Positions 56,719-64,000 of a stretch of 64,000 nucleotides of DNA are shown here, in pieces (positions within the stretch are counted from its first letter, which is position 1; each line of letters starts with the position of its first letter). The notes below the pieces were generated by a model. That model ran no database searches. It saw only the letters and a list, made by a program, of their open reading frames with translations, and was not told the DNA's origin. Origin of the DNA: Candidatus Bathyarchaeota archaeon (lineage in GTDB: Archaea > Thermoproteota > Bathyarchaeia > 40CM-2-53-6); NCBI GenBank assembly GCA_963733055.1, contig CAVTBR010000001.1, positions 1,184,001 through 1,248,000 of the forward strand. Direction: 5' to 3'. Position numbers and translations under genes: made by a program.

Positions 56719-57363
56719 TCAGGTTCGGACGATTCGGAACACGTCTACCTCAACAAATCGTTTCGGTTTTCTGTGGAATGAAAACTGATGCGGTATCTCC
56801 ATCTTCGTACTCATAATTCGTTCCCCCTTGAGCCCTTGATTCTCCAACCAGTGTCCAAGAAAGCTGCGCGTTGAGGATTTGTGAATACTGTAGATAACGG
56901 GTGCTAGGCTTTGAGCGCATTGCAGGAATTGAATGTCTGCGTGAGGTTGTTTGGTGCCGAAAGGTGGGTTCATGAGAACCGTGTCGAAGGAACCACGAAT
57001 GATACCAATATCTCCAACGACCCAGTCCGCCTCTACGCCGAGAACCCTCGCGCTTTGTGAGGCAACATGAATGCTTGGAGCGTCAATGTCTACACCAAGC
57101 ACGGTCCTCGCGCCAAGAATTGAGGCGCCCAATGCCAGCCTACCGGTTCCAGTTCCAAGATCAAGCACGCGTTTCCCTTCGATGTCATCGTGCGCGTAGC
57201 AAGCGGTGAAGAGAATTTCGGCGGCGAGGTCGGCTGGGATCGTGTACTGTTCGAGGGCCGCGTCGGGTTTGGGGTGGGGTTTCACTTTCTGTAGCGCGAT
57301 TGCCAAATCGTGTTTGCGGATTTTGATGGGTCGGGTTGGCAAGGCCAGCTGCCTTAGTGCCAT
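56719..57363 (-). CDS. METTL5-family RNA N6-adenine methyltransferase
   Basis: LEQYTIP, DLGTGTG, MNPPFG, YSIHK, FSFHRK. Confidence 0.92.
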   Translation of the reverse strand: MALRQLALPTRPIKIRKHDLAIALQKVKPHPKPDAALEQYTIPADLAAEILFTACYAHDDIEGKRVLDLGTGTGRLALGASILGARTVLGVDIDAPSIHVASQSARVLGVEADWVVGDIGIIRGSFDTVLMNPPFGTKQPHADIQFLQCAQSLAPVIYSIHKSSTRSFLGHWLENQGLKGERIMSTKMEIPHQFSFHRKPKRFVEVDVFRIVRT

Positions 57364-58364
57364 TCTTCCAGCGTCATTCCTTTAGTGTAATCTTCCCAAC
57401 TTTTCTTTCCGAGTGCTATCATGACCTCTTCAGGATTCAACATCGGCTTGCGGTAGCGTTCTTGGTCGTCGGTGCTTATGCGTGGGCAGGAGATCTCCAC
57501 GTATGCCTCAAGGTCTATGAATGACTCGAGGCTTTCAGGAATAACTTCAGCGACGCATATGAGAATGGCCGATTGGCCGTTCGCTTCCAAGAGTTCTTTG
57601 AGGCGGCGCGCGAGGGCGATGTTCATCTGGCTACTTTTCATGCCTACGATGACGCCAACTCTCTTGCTCTCCTTGAACCTCTCGATGTTTATCCATCTCT
57701 TCCTGAGCAGCCTGCGACAGTCTTCGGTCATGTCTTTGGCCGTTTGTTGGAAGGGGTCGACTACGATCGTCCGTTTGCCCGTGGCTAAGGGTATCCCGAG
57801 AGCGTGAAAGTCCCCCCCGCTCAAAACCACGATGGCATCCACTTTCTCAGCAATCGCGCGCACGCTACCATAATCGCACCCCAGCACCTGGCCGGGATAT
57901 CGCAGCCAACCCGACGGTCTCCCAATCATCACCTCCTTGCCACCACCCTCAAGAATTTCCTTCGCCTTGCCGAGCTGATGGATATGTTGAATGTTCGAGG
58001 CAAGACCGATCATGTGTTCTTTCGCTAGCATGTCTACCGCCAGCTTCATCGGTCCCTCTATAGTCTCGTCGGCACGCGCCTCTACGTACAGAACACTCTC
58101 TTCGGGGAATTCTCCAGGTATCTCCGCGTGGCCGATGTGCACCAGCAGATCGGCGTTAATGTGCGCTTTTGGGTTTAGTGCGAGGTCGCACGCCCCGTAG
58201 CAGGGGTCACCCGAAACAAACACTTCAACTGCACTTTCTTTTTCGAGAAGTCTCGCGAGTTTGAACCCAATTGGTTTTAGGCCCTCGGGCATTTGGAGGA
58301 GGATGCGTTTTGAGCCGCGTCTTCTAATCTCCTCGATGATCTTAGCTTCCTCGATCTGATACAT
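57354..58364 (-). CDS. dph2: diphthamide biosynthesis radical SAM enzyme
   Basis: QMPEGL, PCYGACD, GQVLGCD, FHALG, SCPRI. Confidence 0.95.
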   Translation of the reverse strand: MYQIEEAKIIEEIRRRGSKRILLQMPEGLKPIGFKLARLLEKESAVEVFVSGDPCYGACDLALNPKAHINADLLVHIGHAEIPGEFPEESVLYVEARADETIEGPMKLAVDMLAKEHMIGLASNIQHIHQLGKAKEILEGGGKEVMIGRPSGWLRYPGQVLGCDYGSVRAIAEKVDAIVVLSGGDFHALGIPLATGKRTIVVDPFQQTAKDMTEDCRRLLRKRWINIERFKESKRVGVIVGMKSSQMNIALARRLKELLEANGQSAILICVAEVIPESLESFIDLEAYVEISCPRISTDDQERYRKPMLNPEEVMIALGKKSWEDYTKGMTLEEWH

Positions 58365-58434
58365 GGTTAAACGGTTGTTAGCTGACTAACTGCCCAACTT
58401 AACCGTTCCCTCGCATGAAGTCTGGTCACGAGCC

Positions 58435-59166
58435 ATGGCACCTATGGAAATCCCAACTAGGTTCGTCGAGAAAGTGAAGTTCGTTCAAACGATCTTCACC
58501 GACGTCGAAACTGAATATGATCGCCTTCTTCACTTGATGACGCTCACGTTCGACTCTGCATGGCGAGGAAGGATGCTATCTAAGATTGATTTCGGCAGCG
58601 AAATTTCAGTATTGGATCTCGCGTGCGGGACGGGACTAGTTACGTTCGAACTCGGACGCCGTGCGAGAGCTGGAGGCTTGGTTGTGGGCCTAGATCTAAG
58701 CCCTGCAATGCTTAGTGTCGCCGTACGAAAGAAAGCAATGAAGCTTAGCAATTGTTCCATACAATTCGTTAGGGCAGTAGGTGAATCCCTGCCGTTTCGC
58801 GAAGACTGCTTCAACTACGTTACTGTGGGCTTGGCATTGCGTAATTTCGCAAACAAGTTAGCCGTCTTCAAAGAGAGTCTGCGAGTCCTGACGGGATTGG
58901 GGTGGTTCTTCTCGGTTGATTTTGTTCACCCCGACAACAATACTGTGTGGTTGATCTACAGATTTCACATATTCCACGTTCTCCCAACCCTAGGCCGGAT
59001 CGTGTCCAGCTACTGGAATCGAACCCTAGTCTACCTTGCAAACACAATCCTGCTCTCGACTCGGATACCTGAGTTAAGCAACCTGCTTGAAGAGGCGGGC
59101 TTTCGGAGCACATTGGTGGAGAAAATGAGTTTGGGGATTGTTGCGCTAATTGGGGGACGAAAGTAA
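58435..59166 (+). CDS. UbiE/MenG-family SAM methyltransferase
   Basis: YDRLLHLMT, DLACGTG, GLDLSPAML, LPF, ALRNF. Confidence 0.85.
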   Translation: MAPMEIPTRFVEKVKFVQTIFTDVETEYDRLLHLMTLTFDSAWRGRMLSKIDFGSEISVLDLACGTGLVTFELGRRARAGGLVVGLDLSPAMLSVAVRKKAMKLSNCSIQFVRAVGESLPFREDCFNYVTVGLALRNFANKLAVFKESLRVLTGLGWFFSVDFVHPDNNTVWLIYRFHIFHVLPTLGRIVSSYWNRTLVYLANTILLSTRIPELSNLLEEAGFRSTLVEKMSLGIVALIGGRK

Positions 59167-59174
59167 CCATGTGT

Positions 59175-59867
59175 TTAGAGAAGTTTTGAAATGATTAAGC
59201 CGATGGCTAATGCAATAATCGCGTAACATTCCAATTGTACGACCGTCCATACGGCCTTGCGTGCGTAACGTGAAAACTCGATTAGATCAGAGTTTGGGAT
59301 GGTGCCAAGTTTCTTGGACAGCTGTTGCGGGCGAAATCTATGCGTTAGAAGAACTATGCTGATCGCGATAAATGTCGCCATAACTGAAACAATGAGAGGT
59401 TGGAGGGTAATGATTGGGGATTGAATGAAGTACCCTGCGAATGTTGTCAAGCCCCCCCAACTCACGCCAAACCAGCCTACGCGATGAAATCTGCCGCCGA
59501 AGAGTTCTGAGTTGTACGCTAGGATGAAGAAGGCCGCGACAAATGCGAGAACCCCGATTCCAACGCTGACAGTCCACGATAGGTAAATGGCCACTATTGC
59601 ACCGCCAGAGATTCCGGCTATCGCTAAACAGCGAAGAGTTGAATCCCCAAATTGCGTGTGGAGGGGTCTGCCATGGAGTTCGTCGAGGCTGTACGCGCCT
59701 AAGCAGAGGGCGAGTAAGATTCCGAGGTAGGTTAGGAGCAAGCGATCCAGGTAGACCGTTTCTGAGAGTGCGGCGCCAATCGTAGCAAATGCTAAGACGC
59801 AGAAGGGGAGCGGAAGGTGCATCAGCCTAACGAAGTCCGAAGCGGCTGAGCGTTGCACGTTGGTCAT
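59175..59867 (-). CDS. membrane protein, possibly UbiA-like
   Basis: About 7 TM; AYSLDELHGRP, AYNSELFGGRFH, WGG. Confidence 0.5.
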   Translation of the reverse strand: MTNVQRSAASDFVRLMHLPLPFCVLAFATIGAALSETVYLDRLLLTYLGILLALCLGAYSLDELHGRPLHTQFGDSTLRCLAIAGISGGAIVAIYLSWTVSVGIGVLAFVAAFFILAYNSELFGGRFHRVGWFGVSWGGLTTFAGYFIQSPIITLQPLIVSVMATFIAISIVLLTHRFRPQQLSKKLGTIPNSDLIEFSRYARKAVWTVVQLECYAIIALAIGLIISKLL

Positions 59868-59922
59868 AGACCAGTTTTCGGCTTGCAGCGCTAAAGAAGC
59901 TTCTTTCCCTAAATAGGCTGAG

Positions 59923-60356
59923 TTACTTTCCTATCTGCTTCGCGAGTAGGCCGTCGAGGCTCAGTTTTTGACTGCCGTTCATTAGTAGGACTAGGGCTCC
60001 GGCCATCAGCCCAAAATCCTTGATCAGCCCTCCCTGTCCTATCGTAAGGCCGATGGTTCCAGTAATGGCGAATTCTATGACCGCCCACACACTTACCAAC
60101 CTGGTCAGAAGACCCAAAATGAGAGCGACCGCCCCCAAGATTTCCAAGAGCGAAAAGAGATAGGTTAGCGTACGACCATACCAGAACCGAAGAGACCGCG
60201 GACCATACCGTTACCTACTGGATGGCCCATAGTCAAAGCAACCCAGCGCGGAATGCTCGAATTCAACCAGAATGCTGCGATAACCATCCTCAGAACGACG
60301 AACGCATATTGCCCCCAAGGCTTGGGAGGCGCAAACATGAATGATCTTAGACTCAA
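59923..60356 (-). CDS. DoxX family membrane protein; frameshift near 60170
   Basis: VVLRMVIAAFWL in the first frame; (P)LTYLFSLLEILGAVALILGLLTR...KDFG...GSQKLSLD in the second. Confidence 0.8.
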
Positions 60357-60429
60357 CGCTCTCTCAGAGAGTTTGAGGAAAAATCGGTATTTGAGGCTTC
60401 CTAGGCGCAGGGAAGTCTTTCGCGGTTGA

Positions 60430-60834
60430 TCATGGGATGAAGATGAACATGATGAATTCTACCGCCGCCACAATCATCGTAGCTACCATTAACCATTTTG
60501 AGATTCGCATTCCATCGCCATACTTCCACATGAAACTCGCTAACAGCCCAGTTACTGCGACCACAACTCCAACTACCATTACGATGACGCCGAGTCCCAA
60601 CCGATACAATTGAAGTATCCAAATAATGCCATTAACCATGAAGAGGAAGATTGCGTCGGAGTAAGTGACTTGATGAAAGTGTGGGCCTAGAAGCTTCTTC
60701 AATGTTTGAAAATGCGCACGATCAGCTTCTTGAACCTCATCATAGATAACCCTCTCAAATAGAAGGCCCCAGGCGACCGTAACGAAAAAGAACAGTGTGG
60801 GTACAAGAAGCAAAATCCGCTCTTCCAAATCCAA
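60430..60834 (-). CDS. hypothetical membrane protein
   Basis: 134-aa ORF with 3-4 hydrophobic segments, co-oriented with neighbours. Confidence 0.55.
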   Translation of the reverse strand: MDLEERILLLVPTLFFFVTVAWGLLFERVIYDEVQEADRAHFQTLKKLLGPHFHQVTYSDAIFLFMVNGIIWILQLYRLGLGVIVMVVGVVVAVTGLLASFMWKYGDGMRISKWLMVATMIVAAVEFIMFIFIP

Positions 60835-60961
60835 TACTCAAACCCGCTAGCAATCAGGGTCTGTGCAGTATAATTATCATTCCTTAGACCAAGGGTATTG
60901 TCAGTGCTGTCTAGGCAAATCGCGGCAAAGATGTTGATTCGTATTCGGATCTTTATGGATG

Positions 60962-61861
60962 TTAGTGCTTGTGCGTGGCGATCGCGATTCCGGCGAGCAA
61001 AAAGAATCCACCGATAATGGTGAATATTGACCAAGTCTCATTTAGCAACAATATTCCTCCAACTAAACTTACGAGAGGAATTAGGTAGAGCTGCACCGAG
61101 AGCCTTGACACCGCCCTGCTGGAAATTAGAGTGTAGAGGATCATGTTCGCGATCACCGTACTCAAAATTGCGAGATACAGCACCGACACCCATCCCGTAA
61201 GAGACAGGTTGGAGACCTGAGTGAAGAAGTTCGAGGATAGCAAGGGTAGGGTGAAGGTCGTGCCAATTACAGCGACCCAGATAGCTACTGGACGGGCGCC
61301 ATATGATTTCACGAGCGGCTTTGAACCGACGGAGAACACGCTATACATGAATGCTGCTAGTATCACCGCAAGAGGCCCCGTTATCTGAAGAAAGGTTAGG
61401 TCTGAACCTACGGAGAGAATGAAAGCCCCAACTACCGCCAACCCCAAGGCGAGCATCAGGCTCTTGCCGATATGTTCCTTCAAGAAAATCGCCGAAAGCA
61501 AGACAACAAAAATGGGAGCGAAAGAAATCAGGAGCCCAGCCAATCCTGAGGACACAATCGTCTCCGAATAGTTTAGCGAGAGATGATAACCGACGACGCT
61601 TGCGAAGGAGACTAGTAGTATTCGCGGGATGTCCCGCTTCTGAACAGGTGTCGCTGGCTTTCCATAGATGGGGGCAAGGACGAGGAAGCCGGCTGAAGCT
61701 ATCAACCATCTGAGTATGGTCAGATTGGGCGGGCTTAGCTCAAACTCTGCTCTTCTTATTGCAACAAAAGCTAGGCCCCAGAGGACGCTGAGCACTAGGA
61801 CTAACCCGTAACCCACTATGGCGATTCTTGGAGACCATCGTACCAGTGACTTCGTGTCCAC
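60962..61861 (-). CDS. DMT/EamA family transporter
   Basis: LWGLAF, APIFVVLLSAIFLKE, two EamA repeats, LLNE. Confidence 0.92.
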   Translation of the reverse strand: MDTKSLVRWSPRIAIVGYGLVLVLSVLWGLAFVAIRRAEFELSPPNLTILRWLIASAGFLVLAPIYGKPATPVQKRDIPRILLVSFASVVGYHLSLNYSETIVSSGLAGLLISFAPIFVVLLSAIFLKEHIGKSLMLALGLAVVGAFILSVGSDLTFLQITGPLAVILAAFMYSVFSVGSKPLVKSYGARPVAIWVAVIGTTFTLPLLSSNFFTQVSNLSLTGWVSVLYLAILSTVIANMILYTLISSRAVSRLSVQLYLIPLVSLVGGILLLNETWSIFTIIGGFFLLAGIAIATHKH

Positions 61862-61901
61862 TTTGAAATTGCCCTTCTTCGAGTTCTGGGTGGCTTTGGT
61901 T

Positions 61902-63032
61902 TTATGGGTTGGAGGGTGGAACGGTCTGTGGATCGTGTGTGCGTTCGAGTGTCAGTAAGTCTTTCTTTCTTTTTTCACCCCAACGGTAACCTCGCAGATC
62001 GCCATTCTTTCCAACCACCCTATGGCATGGTATAACAAGGGAGACGGGGTTCGTTGCGCAAGCCTTTGCCACAGCCCTCGCGGCGTTGGGTTCGCCCAAT
62101 TCGGCTGCGATTTGGCCGTATGTGATGGTGCTGCCGTAGGGTATCGATTGGATCTCCTTCCAGACTCTGCGTTGGAAGGTGCTTGCTTGGATGTCGAGGG
62201 GTAGGTTGAGGTGCGTTTGTTGGCCGGTAAAATAATTCATGATCGCAGTGACCCATTTCTGAAGTCCCGAGTTTGTGCGGTAGAGGTCGGCTAGTGGATA
62301 TTCTTTGGATAGTGCAGATTCGACCACGGCGTCCGTGTCCCCCATGAAGACGGCACAGACCCCTTTCGGTGTCGCCGCGACTAGGAGGCGTCCCAAGGGG
62401 CAGTTCACGATTGAGTAAGCAACCCGCAACCCTTTGGCACCCCGGCGAAATGTTCCGGCGCTCATGCCGAATTGATTCGAATTTCCGTAGAACCGACTCC
62501 TCGAACTAAACCCGGCACCGTAGAGTGCTTTCGTTACTGTTTGCCCGTTCTTCAGCAAGAATTTCATCTTCGCGAGTCGGCGGGTTTGGATGTATTCGCG
62601 AGGAGAGAGGCCGACCGCTTGCTTGAACGTTCTCTGAAGATGGTACGGACTAACTCCAGACTGAACGCTGAGGCTTGAGAGTGTCAGCTTGCGATCCAAG
62701 TTGGCTTCAATGTACTTACAAACACGATCGACCACCCCAATTCCAGGATGCGATTCGTTGTCTGTCGGGTTGCATCTGTGGCAGGGACGGAATCCAGATT
62801 GTTCCGCTTCGGCGGGTGCAAAGAAGAAGACCACCTTATCCCAACTGGGACGTTTGGCAGGGCATGATGGTTTGCAGTAGATGCCAGTCGACCGAACCGC
62901 GAAAACGAAACTACCATCGCAGCTTTTGTCCCTGGCTAGGGCAGCTGCCCACATTTGAGAGCGCGTTTGCAGACTCTCTTGAATTGATGGGATCAGTTGC
63001 GGTTCGACCTCGTTCGGGTTGATGTTTGACAT
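61902..63032 (-). CDS. ada: bifunctional Ada: Zn-binding domain + AraC HTH + O6-methylguanine-DNA methyltransferase
   Basis: STGIYCKPSC, GFRPCHRC, SPYHLQRTFK, AGFSSRSRFY, IPCHRVV, GYRWG. Confidence 0.94.
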   Translation of the reverse strand: MSNINPNEVEPQLIPSIQESLQTRSQMWAAALARDKSCDGSFVFAVRSTGIYCKPSCPAKRPSWDKVVFFFAPAEAEQSGFRPCHRCNPTDNESHPGIGVVDRVCKYIEANLDRKLTLSSLSVQSGVSPYHLQRTFKQAVGLSPREYIQTRRLAKMKFLLKNGQTVTKALYGAGFSSRSRFYGNSNQFGMSAGTFRRGAKGLRVAYSIVNCPLGRLLVAATPKGVCAVFMGDTDAVVESALSKEYPLADLYRTNSGLQKWVTAIMNYFTGQQTHLNLPLDIQASTFQRRVWKEIQSIPYGSTITYGQIAAELGEPNAARAVAKACATNPVSLVIPCHRVVGKNGDLRGYRWGEKRKKDLLTLERTHDPQTVPPSNP

Positions 63033-63133
63033 GGGCGGTTATTGGGGTTGACGAAATAAGTAGTTTGACTCCGAATCTTGCGATCAAACTATGCTTTTCT
63101 ATGCAATCAGTACGATGAGTTGGTACGCGCCTG

Positions 63134-63646
63134 GTGAGGTTCCGTTTGTTTACAATAACTGAATTGTACTCATATGCTGCCCAAGTGAGGAGAAATTTCG
63201 CTGAGAAACTCGCAGAACTGCCCGCCGAGGTCGTTGTCAAAAACAGGGAGGCCAGCTTCTACACCATGAAGAACATTCTCGTCCATATGATCGACAATGA
63301 GGATTGGATAGTTAACTGGGTGATCCACGGGAAATCGCGGGAGTACGTGCGCAAGAAATCGGAAGAATACACGAACATGACTCAGGTCCTTCGGCATCTG
63401 GACGAGGTCGAAGGTAAAACCCGCGATTTCCTGAAAACCGCAAACGAAAAGGAATTCAGTAAACGAGTTGATTTCGTTCTATCCTCAGGAACAACCTTCA
63501 ACCTCTCCCTCGAGGAATGCCTCTTCCAATCATTTACGGAGCAACTCTACCACTTGGGCGAACTCATAGCCCTTCTATGGCAGGAGAACATTGAACCACC
63601 CAAGATGCAATGGTTCTGGAACAACCCCCGAGAACACCCAACCTAG
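63134..63646 (+). CDS. DinB/YfiT family protein
   Basis: KNILVHMIDNEDW and EQLYHLGELIALLWQ four-helix motifs. Confidence 0.82.
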   Translation: MRFRLFTITELYSYAAQVRRNFAEKLAELPAEVVVKNREASFYTMKNILVHMIDNEDWIVNWVIHGKSREYVRKKSEEYTNMTQVLRHLDEVEGKTRDFLKTANEKEFSKRVDFVLSSGTTFNLSLEECLFQSFTEQLYHLGELIALLWQENIEPPKMQWFWNNPREHPT

Positions 63647-63865
63647 CTTGCATCTCTCTACATAGTCCGATCTTCTCAACTCGAATAAGTGTGTGTGTCG
63701 GCCTTTGATACTATTAGTGGTGAACACAAAACTCATGTTGTTTTCTCAATTTTGGTGCTCGCACCCCAATACCCATACACACCGTGTCAAGCTCACGTAT
63801 CGATGGCACGTGAGCGACCGGAATTCTTAACCGTCAATTTCAACGGAGCTTGGCTAGGTCTTGAG

Positions 63866-64000
63866 TTGTCCACAGACAGCCGTTTTACCATTCCTTTGCT
63901 CGATAAGCTGATCCCGGACGGAATCGAGGCCGGAACCGTATTCAACGTTGAATTTGACCCGGACTCTCAGTGGTTAGCTGTTGCCACAACGATTGGGGCT
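63866..64000 (+). CDS. RAD55/KaiC-like ATPase-fold protein, N-terminal fragment (runs off the window)
   Basis: Open frame LSTDSRFTIPLLDKLIPDGIEAGTVFNVEFDPDSQWLAVATTIGA; alternative start ATG 63803. Confidence 0.5.
   Translation, partial: MSTDSRFTIPLLDKLIPDGIEAGTVFNVEFDPDSQWLAVATTIGA

Noticed and set aside
1-64000. CRISPR arrays, IS elements, integrases, proviral genes, rRNA
   Set aside because: No regularly spaced repeats, terminal inverted repeats or such ORFs were seen by eye; short or degenerate elements could be missed

Overview
Archaeal chromosomal segment of a TACK lineage. Gene content, zinc-ribbon expansions and frequent TTG starts suggest Bathyarchaeia, which is an inference. It is mostly core and metabolic genes. 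Contents: (i) a phosphomutase-deoC-APC permease unit; (ii) a solitary Zn-ribbon adenine DNA methyltransferase; (iii) a phosphoesterase / variant glycerol kinase / branched-chain aminotransferase / APC permease module; (iv) a complete archaeal aromatic pathway operon (lysC-asd-aroA'-aroB'-aroD-aroE-aroK-aroA-aroC) facing a chorismate mutase-aminotransferase fusion and tyrA; (v) gcvH/gcvT, radB, carS, an OST3/6(DC2)-like gene and an STT3-like aglB; (vi) the conserved dph2-METTL5-csl4-rpoL-TFS-PCNA-priL-priS-GINS-L44e-S27e-aIF2a-Nop10 cluster, interrupted by secreted membrane-anchored enzymes; (vii) a bacterial-type ada. I found no tRNA, rRNA, CRISPR array or mobile element. Seven to eight small indels split conserved genes, including essential priS, and most likely reflect long-read assembly errors. 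The best leads are an aromatic-residue-rich uORF with attenuator-like structure ahead of the aro operon, the kinase/transaminase/permease module, and eukaryote-like OST subunits.
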